From positions 1 through 39,242 of the forward strand of contig DATFVX010000095.1 of assembly GCA_035259985.1 (NCBI GenBank): DNA of 39,242 bases, written 5' to 3'. The translations under genes were made by a program, and so were the position numbers. Numbering within the stretch: position 1 is the stretch's first letter; each line of letters begins with the position of its first letter. A model generated the notes under the pieces. The model was not told the origin of the DNA. It saw nothing but the letters and a program-made list of their open reading frames with translations, and made no database searches. Shown piece after piece: positions 1 through 7,920 of the stretch. The stretch is from Acidimicrobiales bacterium. GTDB lineage: Bacteria > Actinomycetota > Acidimicrobiia > Acidimicrobiales > VFJN01.

Positions 1-338
1 AGAACACGTCGTGGAGCACCGAGGACTACACGTCTCCCGATTGGGGCCGCCTCGGCAAGCCGGGCGTCGGCCTGATCCTCGAGCTGAGCCAGCCGACCCA
101 GATCCAGGCGCTCGAGTTCGACACGCCGTCCGCGGGATGGCAGGCCGAGGTGTACGTCGCCGACAGCGATCCCGGGAGCCTCGAGGGCTGGGGTGAGCCC
201 GTGGCCACGTTCGACGAGAGCGACAGCGGCACCAACAAGGTCACGTTCGACCGGACGGGCGGCGCAGTGCTGCTCTGGTTCACCCGCGCCGGCGACGACG
301 GGCAGGTCACGGTCACCGAGGTGCGCCTGCAGCGCTGA
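1..338 (+). CDS. 3' end of a larger CDS entering from upstream (C-terminal extracytoplasmic beta-rich domain; product unknown)
   Basis: Frame 3 is open from nt 3 to TGA 336-338 (NTSWSTEDYTSPDWGRLGKPGVGLILELSQPTQIQALEFDTPSAGWQAEVYVADSD...VTVTEVRLQR*). The ORF track shows only the last 62 aa, from an internal start. Its position just upstream of the ECF sigma/anti-sigma/trxB/trxA block resembles the actinobacterial murJ(mviN)-pseudokinase neighbourhood. That family assignment rests on synteny only. Confidence 0.5.
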   Translation, partial: NTSWSTEDYTSPDWGRLGKPGVGLILELSQPTQIQALEFDTPSAGWQAEVYVADSDPGSLEGWGEPVATFDESDSGTNKVTFDRTGGAVLLWFTRAGDDGQVTVTEVRLQR

Positions 339-391
339 TCTACTGTTCCGGCATCGCGCGAGACCATTCCGTAGCCGACGATCGCTCGCTC

Positions 392-967
392 GTGGCGGCC
401 GCCCAGGCGGGCGACCGCGATGCCCTCGAGGCCTTGCTGCGTCGCCATCACGACCGGTTGTGGGCGCTCTGCCGGCGGCTCACCGGGAACCATGCCGACG
501 CCGAGGATGCGCTGCAGGATGCACTGATCGCCATCGCCCGCGGCATCCGTCGCTACGACGGCCGCGCCGCGTTCACGACGTGGTCGTACCGGGTGGCCAC
601 GAACGCGTGCCTCGACGAGCTGCGGCGGCGTCGCCGGCGTCCCGTCGCCGACGTACCCGAGACCGTGGGTGTCGGGGCGGCGCCGGAGGGCGTCGGCGGT
701 GCCGTGTCCGCGCCGCCCACGGCGGGGGCGGTGGATGCCGTCGCCGACCGACTGGACATCGACGCCGCGCTGGCACTGCTGCCCCAGGAGTTCCGTGCCG
801 CCGTCGTGCTGCGCGACCTGTGTGACCTCGACTACGCCGAGATCGGGCGCGTGCTCGGCATCCCGCCCGGCACGGTGAGATCGCGGATCGCCCGCGGCCG
901 CAGCCAGCTGGCCGACCTGCTCGGGAACCCGACCGACACGCCCGACCGTCCAAGCACGAGACCATGA
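392..967 (+). CDS. ECF (sigma-70 family) RNA polymerase sigma factor, SigM-like by synteny
   Basis: 191 aa with a GTG start. Region 2 motif: DAEDALQDALIAIARGIRRYD...FTTWSYRVATNACLDELRRR. Region 4 HTH: LPQEFRAAVVLRDLCDLDYAEIGRVLGIPPGTVRSRIARGRSQL. Its stop overlaps the next gene's start (ATGA). Confidence 0.9.
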   Translation: MAAAQAGDRDALEALLRRHHDRLWALCRRLTGNHADAEDALQDALIAIARGIRRYDGRAAFTTWSYRVATNACLDELRRRRRRPVADVPETVGVGAAPEGVGGAVSAPPTAGAVDAVADRLDIDAALALLPQEFRAAVVLRDLCDLDYAEIGRVLGIPPGTVRSRIARGRSQLADLLGNPTDTPDRPSTRP

Positions 968-1839
968 CCGCCGCCCGAGACCCCGACGACCTCGCGTCCG
1001 CACTACTGGACGGCCTGCTCTCCGACGACGAGGCCGCCGCGGCACGGCGTGATCCGGCGGTGGCCGCCCGGCTCGCCGAATTGGCCGCCGTGCGCGACGC
1101 GGTGCGCCGGCAGCCTCGCAGCCCGGATCCGGCCGCCCGGGAGCGGGGCCTGGCCGCGGCGCTCGCCGCCTACGACTCCCCCGACGAGGCCGACCTCGCC
1201 GGCGGCGGGGCGGTCAGTCCCATGCGCAGCGCCCGAGCGGCGCGGCCCGCAGCGCCACGAACCGACACCCCGTGGCGGCCCCACGGTGGTGCGCGCCGCC
1301 GCTGGCTCACGGCCGCCGCGGTCGTGCTCGCGGTCGTCGGCGTGGGCATCCTCGCCCGCAACTTGGACTCGGGCGGTGACGACGACACGTCCACCGCGGC
1401 GAGCGAGAGCTCGAGCGAGGGTGGCGAGTCCAATGCGGCCGCAGACGCCGGCGGCGGCACCGACCAGACCGCGCCTCCGAGTGACGGGCAGCTTGCGATC
1501 GTCGACCTGGGTGACGTGGGCTCCCCGGCGGCGTTGGCCCAACGCGCCGCGGCCATGGTCGCCGCGGGGTCGTCCGACGCGTCGGCAGGGGCGGCGGGCG
1601 GCCAGGCCGAGTCGGGACAGGGGACGGCGCAGGCGGCGCGCCCCCGGTCGGCCGCCTGCGGCGACGATGCACAGGCGGAGCGGCTCGCGGCCGGCGGCGA
1701 GCCGGTCGTGCTCCGGGGCCGCGCCACGCTCGATGGCCAACCCGTAGACGTCTGGGTCGTCGGTGCGAGTGGCGATGAGCGTGTCGTCGCCGTCGACGCC
1801 TCGTGTGCGGTCGTCGTCGACCAGCCGCTCCAGGACTGA
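964..1839 (+). CDS. Anti-sigma factor (single-pass membrane protein)
   Basis: 291 aa. There is a 4-nt ATGA overlap with the sigma factor gene. The N-terminal anti-sigma-like helix is LASALLDGLLSDDEAAAARRDPAVAARLAELAAVRDAV, followed by one TM segment (WLTAAAVVLAVVGVGILA) and a low-complexity extracytoplasmic part. Confidence 0.75.
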   Translation: MTAARDPDDLASALLDGLLSDDEAAAARRDPAVAARLAELAAVRDAVRRQPRSPDPAARERGLAAALAAYDSPDEADLAGGGAVSPMRSARAARPAAPRTDTPWRPHGGARRRWLTAAAVVLAVVGVGILARNLDSGGDDDTSTAASESSSEGGESNAAADAGGGTDQTAPPSDGQLAIVDLGDVGSPAALAQRAAAMVAAGSSDASAGAAGGQAESGQGTAQAARPRSAACGDDAQAERLAAGGEPVVLRGRATLDGQPVDVWVVGASGDERVVAVDASCAVVVDQPLQD

Positions 1840-1926
1840 ACCGCCGGAGCCGTCGTGGTGCCACCGGCCCGTCCGGGGCGCCGCCCCCTGAGCGATCCGG
1901 CCGGGCTCCGCAAGTAGGCTTCGCGC

Positions 1927-2304
1927 ATGGCTCAGGTCGGCACACCGGTCCGGCACGATGGCGACGCCGCCCCCCCGGCCCAGCCGGCGGGCGACTGGGC
2001 GGCGCAGGCGGCAGACACAATCGAGCGGGCGGTCGGGACCGTCCGGGACCGGACCACGGGCCCCGCGCTCACCGTGGCCCGTGCGGTGGTGTACGGGACC
2101 TTCGCCGTGATCGTCGGGTTGGCCGCCCTGGTGCTGGCGACGATCGGTGCCGTCCGCCTCATCGACAACTATCTGCCGAACGCCGCCTTCGGCGAGGAAC
2201 ACGTGTGGGCGGCCTACCTCATCATCGGCCTGGTGTTCGTGGTGGCCGGCGTGGTCCTGTGGCTCCGCCGCTACGGCCCGGGCCCGGAAGATCGACCCGC
2301 CTGA
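1927..2304 (+). CDS. Small hypothetical membrane protein (2 predicted TM helices)
   Basis: 125 aa with an ATG start. Two hydrophobic stretches are present (VVYGTFAVIVGLAALVLATIGAV and WAAYLIIGLVFVVAGVVLWL). No family was recognised. Confidence 0.55.
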   Translation: MAQVGTPVRHDGDAAPPAQPAGDWAAQAADTIERAVGTVRDRTTGPALTVARAVVYGTFAVIVGLAALVLATIGAVRLIDNYLPNAAFGEEHVWAAYLIIGLVFVVAGVVLWLRRYGPGPEDRPA

Positions 2305-2364
2305 CGGCGTTAACCGAGCCGAGGGCTCACCTCCGAGCCGACATCGCGCTTCCACCGAGGACAC

Positions 2365-3330
2365 ATGAGCACGCGCAAGGTCATCGTCATCGGATCCGGC
2401 CCCGCCGGGCTGACCGCCGCCGTCTACGCCGCCCGCGCCAACCTGCAGCCGTTGGTGCTGGAGGGCGAACCGTCGTCCACCAGCGATCAGCCGGGTGGTC
2501 AGCTCATGCTCACCACCGAGGTCGAGAACTACCCCGGCTTCCCGGAAGGGATCATGGGTCCCGAGCTCATGGTCCGGTTCCGGGAGCAGGCCGCTCGCTT
2601 CGGCGCCGACATCCGCACGGAGAGGGCAAGCCGCGTCGACCTGTCGTCCCGCCCCTTCGGCGTCTGGATCGGCGATTCCGATGCGGCCGAGCCCACCTAC
2701 CGGGCCGAGGCCCTGATCATCGCCACCGGCGCTCAGTCGCTGATGCTCGGGCTCGACCGCGAGGCCGAGCTGGTGGGCCACGGGGTGTCGACGTGCGCAA
2801 CCTGCGACGGCTTCTTCTTCCGCGGTGATGACATCGCCGTCGTGGGCGGAGGCGACTCGGCGCTGGAGGAGGCCATCTTCCTCACCAAGTTCGCCCGGTC
2901 GGTGACCGTCGTCCATCGGCGGGACGAGTTGCGGGCGTCGAAGATCATGCAGGAACGTGCGTTCGCCAACGAGAAGATCGAGTTCCTGTGGAACCACGTC
3001 GTCGACGGCATCGAGGGTGATACCAGGCTGTCCGCAGTCAGCGTGCGCAACGTGCTCACCGACGAGGTGACGTCGCTGCCGGTCACCGGGCTGTTCGTGG
3101 CCATCGGGCACAAGCCGAACACCGACCTGTTCAAGGGCCAGCTCGAGATGGAGGAGTCGGGCTATCTGGTCACCGGATTGGGCCCGGGATCGACGTCCAC
3201 CAACGTGGACGGCGTGTTCGCAGCCGGCGACGTCCAGGACCACGTCTACCGCCAGGCGATCACCGCCGCCGGTACGGGCTGCGAGGCCGCCATCGACGCG
3301 GAGCGTTGGCTCGAGGCGCAGGGGGCCTAG
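2365..3330 (+). CDS. trxB: Thioredoxin-disulfide reductase
   Basis: 321 aa. FAD motif [16 protein letters not shown], redox-active CATCDG, NADPH motif [13 protein letters not shown]-terminal [14 protein letters not shown] Shine-Dalgarno sits 4 nt before the ATG. Confidence 0.97.
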   Translation: MSTRKVIVIGSGPAGLTAAVYAARANLQPLVLEGEPSSTSDQPGGQLMLTTEVENYPGFPEGIMGPELMVRFREQAARFGADIRTERASRVDLSSRPFGVWIGDSDAAEPTYRAEALIIATGAQSLMLGLDREAELVGHGVSTCATCDGFFFRGDDIAVVGGGDSALEEAIFLTKFARSVTVVHRRDELRASKIMQERAFANEKIEFLWNHVVDGIEGDTRLSAVSVRNVLTDEVTSLPVTGLFVAIGHKPNTDLFKGQLEMEESGYLVTGLGPGSTSTNVDGVFAAGDVQDHVYRQAITAAGTGCEAAIDAERWLEAQGA

Positions 3331-3434
3331 GCGGCCGACGCGCAGGCCGGGGAGGGAACAACACCGGCGGACGTGCTGTTCACGTCGTTGGTTCGTTGAT
3401 ATCTACAGTCACACTGAAGGAAGGTCACCCAGAG

Positions 3435-3764
3435 ATGGTTGAAGGGATCACCAAGCTCACCGACGCCACGTTCGACGAAACGATCGGCGCCTCGCCCGAG
3501 CCCGTGGTCGTGGACTTCTGGGCGGAGTGGTGCGGACCTTGCAAGATGATCGCCCCGATCCTCGCCGAGATCGCGGACGAGCATGCGGGCAAGCTCACCA
3601 TCGCCAAGCTCAACGTCGACGAGAATCCAGACGTCGCCCGCCGTTACGACGTGATGAGCATCCCCACGCTCATCGTTTTCAAGGACGGGGCGCCGCAGAA
3701 GCGCCTGGTGGGGGCCAAGGGTAAGGGTCAGCTGCTGGCTGAGCTGGGTGAATTCCTGCCCTGA
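3435..3764 (+). CDS. trxA: Thioredoxin
   Basis: 109 aa from ATG 3435, preceded by GAAGGAAGG at 3416-3424. WCGPC active site (VVVDFWAEWCGPCKMIAP). The 152-aa track ORF from 3306 adds a Gly/Arg-rich non-thioredoxin extension that overlaps the end of trxB. Confidence 0.95.
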   Translation: MVEGITKLTDATFDETIGASPEPVVVDFWAEWCGPCKMIAPILAEIADEHAGKLTIAKLNVDENPDVARRYDVMSIPTLIVFKDGAPQKRLVGAKGKGQLLAELGEFLP

Positions 3765-3780
3765 AGCTACACAAGAGACG

Positions 3781-3814
3781 TAATCCACAACCTGTGTGCA
3801 AGGTTGTGGATGAC
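3781..3814. repeat. 11-bp perfect inverted repeat (ATCCACAACCT / AGGTTGTGGAT, 7-nt loop) whose arms carry two convergent DnaA-box-like 9-mers
   Basis: Arms at 3783-3793 and 3801-3811 were read directly. TAATCCACA lies at 3781-3789. TGTGGATGA at 3806-3814 is the reverse complement of TCATCCACA. Confidence 0.6.
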
Positions 3815-3865
3815 TCGACCCCGACTTGAGGACCTGCAATCCTCAGGTTGGGGTCGAGTGTTTTT
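3814..3865 (+). terminator. Rho-independent terminator downstream of trxA
   Basis: CTCGACCCCGACTTGAGGA (3814-3832), a 7-nt loop, then TCCTCAGGTTGGGGTCGAG (3840-3858). This gives a 19-bp stem with two G-U pairs, followed by TGTTTTT (3859-3865). Confidence 0.75.
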
Positions 3866-3880
3866 CGATCACTTTGCGCG

Positions 3881-4777
3881 TCAGTGGGGCACCGCCATGA
3901 CCCGGTAGATGCGCTCGAGGTCTTCGAGGTCGGCGAACTCGATCACGACCCGGCCGCGCTTGGGCCCGACGTTGATCGACACGCGGGTGTCGAGCTGTTC
4001 CGCAAGCAGTTCCTCCAGCTCGAGCAGCCCGGGGGCTCGCAGCTTCGACCGGGTACCCGATGTGCCCGGAGACCCGCCGGGCGAGCCGGCCAGGCCGTTC
4101 CGCTGGCGAACGGCTTCCTCGGTCTCGCGGACGGACAGCCCGTCGGTGGCGACACGACGGGCCAGCGACTCCTGGAAGGCGCGGTCGGGCGTCCCCAGGA
4201 GCGCCTTGGCGTGGCCGGCCGACACGCGGCCCTCGGCCACCAGCCTCTGCACCTGTGGCGGCAACTGGAAGAGGCGGAGCAGGTTCGCGACGGCCGAGCG
4301 GCTCTTCCCCACCTTCTGGGCCACCTCCTCCTGCGTCAGGTCGAAGTCCTCCACCAGTTGCTGGTATGCGGCCGCCTCCTCGAGCGGGTTCAGGTCGTCC
4401 CTGTGCAGGTTCTCGACCAGGGCGTGCTGGAGGGTGAGCTCGTCGTTCACCTGACGCACGATCACTGGGATGAACTGAAGCCCGGCCCGCTTGGCGGCGC
4501 GCCAGCGGCGTTCCCCGGCGATGATGGCGTAGCGGTCGTCGCTCACTTGCCGGACCAGGATCGGCTGCAGCACACCCAGTTCGCGGATCGAGGCGGTGAG
4601 CCCGGCCAGCGACTCCTCGTCGAAGTTGTTGCGCGGCTGGTAGGGGTTGGGGTCGATCTGGTTGATCGGGATCTCTTCGATGCCCGGACGGGCGGCAAGG
4701 CCGGCGGCCGACGACCGCGCGACGTCCGACGGGATCAGTGCGCCGAGGCCCTTACCCAGTCCGCCGCGCCGCTCCAC
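3881..4777 (-). CDS. parB: Chromosome partitioning protein ParB (parS-binding CTPase family)
   Basis: 298 aa with a GTG start. Motifs: GLGKGLGALI, PINQIDPNPYQPR, ParB box AIIAGERRWRAAKRAGL, and HTH LTQEEVAQKVGKSRSAVANLLRL. Confidence 0.96.
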   Translation of the reverse strand: MERRGGLGKGLGALIPSDVARSSAAGLAARPGIEEIPINQIDPNPYQPRNNFDEESLAGLTASIRELGVLQPILVRQVSDDRYAIIAGERRWRAAKRAGLQFIPVIVRQVNDELTLQHALVENLHRDDLNPLEEAAAYQQLVEDFDLTQEEVAQKVGKSRSAVANLLRLFQLPPQVQRLVAEGRVSAGHAKALLGTPDRAFQESLARRVATDGLSVRETEEAVRQRNGLAGSPGGSPGTSGTRSKLRAPGLLELEELLAEQLDTRVSINVGPKRGRVVIEFADLEDLERIYRVMAVPH

Positions 4778-5669
4778 CGCTGACCTCCATCGCCAAGTTC
4801 CGGTATGCGATCGAACCCCGCGAGGTGGGGTCGAACGTGATGATCGGCTGGCCGAACGAGGGAGCCTCGCTCAGGCGGACCGTTCGAGGGACGATGCTGT
4901 GGCAGACCTTCTCGCCGAAGTGGTCGCGAACCTCGCGCACCACCTGGTCGGCCAACTTGGTCCGGGCGTCGTACATGACGAGGACCATGGCGCTCAGCTC
5001 GAGGCCGGGGTTCAGGTTCCGCTGGACGAGCTGGATGTTGCGCAGCAACTGGCCCAGGCCCTCGAGCGCGTAGTACTCGCACTGGATGGGCACGACCACC
5101 TCGCTTGCCGCCGCCAGGCCGTTGACCGTGAGTAGGCCGAGGGACGGCGGGCAGTCGATCAGCATGTAGTCGTAGTCGTTCCGCACGGCGTCCAGGGCAC
5201 GGCGCAGCCGCATCTCACGGCTGAAGGCCGGTACCAGCTCGATCTCGGCGCCGGCGAGATCGAGGGCCGCCGGCGCGACGAAGAGGTTGCGCACGGCCGT
5301 CCCCTCGACACAGTCCTCGAGTGGAAGGTCATTCAAGATGACGTCGTACATCGAAGACTGCAGGTCCCGGATGTTGATGCCGAGCCCGGTGCTCGCGTTG
5401 CCCTGCGGATCGAGGTCCACCACCAGGACGCGGTAGCCGAGCTCGGCCAGGCACGCGCCGAGATTGACCGCGGTTGTGGTCTTGCCGACGCCGCCCTTCT
5501 GGTTCGCGATCGCGATCGTGCGGGGGAGCGGCCGTTCGAACGGGGTCGATGGCCCGAGCTCCTCCTCCGCCTCGACATCCCGCGCCGCGCGACGATCCGA
5601 TTGGTCGAACGGGGTCTCCAGCACCGCCGACGTAGGGGTGCCACCGAGGCCGCTGTCTTGCGTGCTCAT
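4752..5669 (-). CDS. parA: Chromosome partitioning ATPase ParA/Soj
   Basis: 305 aa. Deviant Walker A IAIANQKGGVGKTTTAVNLG, then VLVVDLDPQGNAS, and about 50 aa of acidic N-terminal extension. Overlaps the parB start by 26 nt. Confidence 0.96.
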   Translation of the reverse strand: MSTQDSGLGGTPTSAVLETPFDQSDRRAARDVEAEEELGPSTPFERPLPRTIAIANQKGGVGKTTTAVNLGACLAELGYRVLVVDLDPQGNASTGLGINIRDLQSSMYDVILNDLPLEDCVEGTAVRNLFVAPAALDLAGAEIELVPAFSREMRLRRALDAVRNDYDYMLIDCPPSLGLLTVNGLAAASEVVVPIQCEYYALEGLGQLLRNIQLVQRNLNPGLELSAMVLVMYDARTKLADQVVREVRDHFGEKVCHSIVPRTVRLSEAPSFGQPIITFDPTSRGSIAYRNLAMEVSGGAARRTG

Positions 5670-5877
5670 CGCCGATGCTCCCAGCCGTCGATGCCGGGGC
5701 GGGCTCTACCCGGCAAGCGGAACGCGGATGTGGTCCGTGAGGGACTAGGTGACCGCCGCCCGATCGGCGCCATCTCGAGGCGGACCACCGGCCACCGACA
5801 CATACTTTCGGGCCTCCGGGTCCCGGTCAAGCCTGGCGTTCGGCACCGGTCGGGCGCCTGCCCCCAATGCTCCGGTG

Positions 5878-5893
5878 TGTTCCACGTGGAACG
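5878..5893. promoter_or_regulatory. parS site 1 (TGTTCCACGTGGAACG)
   Basis: Matches the parS consensus tGTTnCACGTGAAACa at 14/16 positions, with a palindromic core GTTCCACGTGGAAC. Confidence 0.85.
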
Positions 5894-6123
5894 CTCGGGC
5901 CGGCCGGGTGATCCGATCCCGTCGGTCGCGGCGTGCCTCGTGGGCATCAATGCATCGTGGGGCGGGCGACGTCCGCCGGTCCGCCGCGGCACCGGCTGCG
6001 GGCCGGACGCTGGTGCTCATGCGGTGCCGACGCCATGCGTGGTCTGCGACACCACTTCGGGGAATCGGTGGCCAACCGGTGTCCGGGTGTTGGCGATCTC
6101 GGTCGCCCACATCCGGCCGCCCG

Positions 6124-6139
6124 TGTTCCACGTGGAACA
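6124..6139. promoter_or_regulatory. parS site 2 (TGTTCCACGTGGAACA, perfect 16-bp palindrome)
   Basis: Read directly. The sequence is self-complementary over all 16 nt. Confidence 0.9.
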
Positions 6140-6183
6140 ACCAGGCCCAGCGGCCCAACGAGGACGTTGCCCGGCTGCGGCGT

Positions 6184-6199
6184 TGTTCCACGTGAAACA
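6184..6199. promoter_or_regulatory. parS site 3 (TGTTCCACGTGAAACA, exact consensus)
   Basis: Identical to the canonical TGTTNCACGTGAAACA parS. Confidence 0.92.
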
Positions 6200-6246
6200 G
6201 CTCGCGCACGGCACTGCGTGCCACGTCCCTTCGACACCGGCCGCCG

Positions 6247-6262
6247 TGTTCCACGTGAAACG
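6247..6262. promoter_or_regulatory. parS site 4 (TGTTCCACGTGAAACG)
   Basis: Matches the parS consensus at 15/16 positions. Confidence 0.88.
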
Positions 6263-6271
6263 GCGGCGCGG

Positions 6272-6907
6272 TCAGAACAACGGCCGCTTCCCCGGCGTCC
6301 CAACCGGTCGCGGGTACTGCGGTGGACACGGGGCGACCAGTTCCAGCGCCTGATACCGATACGTCCCGACCCACGACCGACCTGCGGCCAGGCCCAGCCG
6401 GGCGAGCCCGCCAGACGGCCAGCGCTCCGCTCCCCCCTCCGCGGCTCCGAGCTCGGCGTCGCCCTGCGGCGGCTCGCTGACCACCAGCGTCCCACCCACG
6501 CGCAGGAACGGTGCCCCGCACTCGGCCGTCACGGGCGGCGGCCCGAAGGCCCGGGCCGTCACCAGATCGAACTGACCCCGCAGGTCCCCACGGTGTCCCG
6601 CCTCCTCGGCCCGCACGCACTCGACGACCACTCGGTCGGCAAGGTCGAGCGTGCGCACGGCCTCCGCCAGGAAGTCACAGCGCCGCTCTCGGGAGTCCAG
6701 GAGCACCACCCCGCTCCTACGCCAGTGCTGCGCGAGCACCAACCCGGGGACGCCACCACCGCTCCCCAGGTCCAGGAAGCGTCCCGGCGCATCGACGCCG
6801 TCCGCAAATCCGGTCGCGTGGTCGACGTGGACGCGAACGGAGCCCGGGCCAAGAAATCCCAGGCCCCGGCTCCGTTCCAGCACCTCGAACAGGCGGGTGT
6901 GGTCCAC
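6272..6907 (-). CDS. rsmG: 16S rRNA (guanine527-N7)-methyltransferase RsmG (GidB)
   Basis: 211 aa with a GTG start. SAM motif RFLDLGSGGGVPGLVLA. Conserved position between jag and parA. Confidence 0.92.
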   Translation of the reverse strand: MDHTRLFEVLERSRGLGFLGPGSVRVHVDHATGFADGVDAPGRFLDLGSGGGVPGLVLAQHWRRSGVVLLDSRERRCDFLAEAVRTLDLADRVVVECVRAEEAGHRGDLRGQFDLVTARAFGPPPVTAECGAPFLRVGGTLVVSEPPQGDAELGAAEGGAERWPSGGLARLGLAAGRSWVGTYRYQALELVAPCPPQYPRPVGTPGKRPLF

Positions 6908-6914
6908 CCGAACG

Positions 6915-7916
6915 TCAACCGGGGCGTATCACCACCCGGCGAGCCGCGTCCTCGCCTTCGGAGGCGGTGCTGACCCCCTCGATCTCGTTGACGGCGTCGT
7001 GCACGACCTTGCGGTCTGCCGAGCCCATCGGATCCAGCGCCTTGGCCACGCCGCTGGCCTTGACCGCCTCGGCCACCTCCCGGGCAAACCGCTCCAGCGC
7101 CACCTTGCGGCGGGCGCGGTAGCCGGCCACGTCGAGGCGGACCCGTGCGTGGGTCTCTCCGACGAACCGGCGCTGCACCATGCTGCGCACCAGCTCCTGG
7201 ATCGCCTGCAGGGTCACGCCCTTCTGGCCGACGAGCAGGCCCAGCTCGGAGCCGTCCACCGACGCCTCGATCGCCTCGTCCTCGCCCAGCGCGACCGTCA
7301 CCGTGGCATCGGACCGCCCGAATGCCGCCAGCAGATCCGTGAGGAAGGCTTCGACGGCTTGTCGTTGACCCTCGATGTCGAATGCCGCCGATGCCGGCGT
7401 CCCTGTTGGCTGCGTACTCTCGCTCACCGCTTTTGCTCCCTCTGCTTCCCGACCACCTCGGCGGCGACGAGAGCGTGGCGAGGCGCCTCGTTGTGCTTGC
7501 ACCGATGCCGGCCCGTCGGCGCCATCCGCCGCGGGCCCTGCCACCGCCACACTGCCATCCCTCGTCCGGTCTCCATCTCTCTGCGCCCCGGCCGCGTCGC
7601 GCCGCTGGCCGCGGCTGCGCCCGTCTCCGCCGGCGGCATCGCTGCGGCCCCCCGACCTGGCCTTGCCCCGACCGCGGTCACCGTCACGGCCGCGCCGATC
7701 GCCCCGGCGCCGGTCCCGCCGATCGACCTTTGGCCGCGGCGCGGTCGGGCGCACCCGCGCCCTGACCCGGGCCTCGGCCCGGAGGCGTCCGAACAGCCCC
7801 TTCTGCGGCTCCTGGACGACCTCGATCTCGGCGTCGTGCTCGTCGACACCCAGCTTGTCGAGGGCCGACTCCACGGCCTCGGCGACCGTCCGACCGGTCG
7901 TCACCACCCACTCCAC
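6915..7916 (-). CDS. jag: Jag/SpoIIIJ-associated RNA-binding protein (Jag_N - KH - R3H) with a long RG/RD-rich linker
   Basis: 333 aa from GTG 7916, 4 nt after the yidC stop. N-terminus VEWVVTTGRTVAEAVESALDKLGVDEHDAEIEVVQEPQKGLFG. KH-like LLVGQKGVTLQAIQELV. R3H-like region DPMGSADRKVVHDAV. The 451-aa track ORF would overlap yidC by 350 nt. Confidence 0.88.
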   Translation of the reverse strand: MEWVVTTGRTVAEAVESALDKLGVDEHDAEIEVVQEPQKGLFGRLRAEARVRARVRPTAPRPKVDRRDRRRGDRRGRDGDRGRGKARSGGRSDAAGGDGRSRGQRRDAAGAQRDGDRTRDGSVAVAGPAADGADGPASVQAQRGASPRSRRRRGGREAEGAKAVSESTQPTGTPASAAFDIEGQRQAVEAFLTDLLAAFGRSDATVTVALGEDEAIEASVDGSELGLLVGQKGVTLQAIQELVRSMVQRRFVGETHARVRLDVAGYRARRKVALERFAREVAEAVKASGVAKALDPMGSADRKVVHDAVNEIEGVSTASEGEDAARRVVIRPG

Positions 7917-7920
7917 GGCG

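Noticed and set aside
1003-3243. 746-aa minus-strand ORF spanning the anti-sigma, membrane-protein and trxB genes
   Set aside because: It lies antisense to well-supported genes. Its Arg/Gly/Pro/Ala-dominated composition without motifs is the typical stop-poor off-frame artefact of high-GC DNA.
3306-3434. N-terminal 43-aa extension of trxA in the ORF track
   Set aside because: It overlaps the end of trxB and is Gly/Arg-rich. The internal ATG 3435 has a strong GAAGGAAGG SD and yields a canonical 109-aa thioredoxin.
5878-6262. Four similar 16-bp repeats that could superficially suggest a mini CRISPR-like array
   Set aside because: The repeats are palindromic parS sequences, only 16 bp long, with unequal spacing (246/60/63 bp). 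There are no cas genes and no leader.
5601-6620. Overlapping 250-aa (+) and 291-aa (-) ORFs containing a repeated FHVE/FHVK peptide
   Set aside because: The repeated peptide is simply the translation of the four palindromic parS sites (TTCCACGTGGAA/GAAA). The composition is not protein-like and no start context is present, so I treat the region as non-coding.
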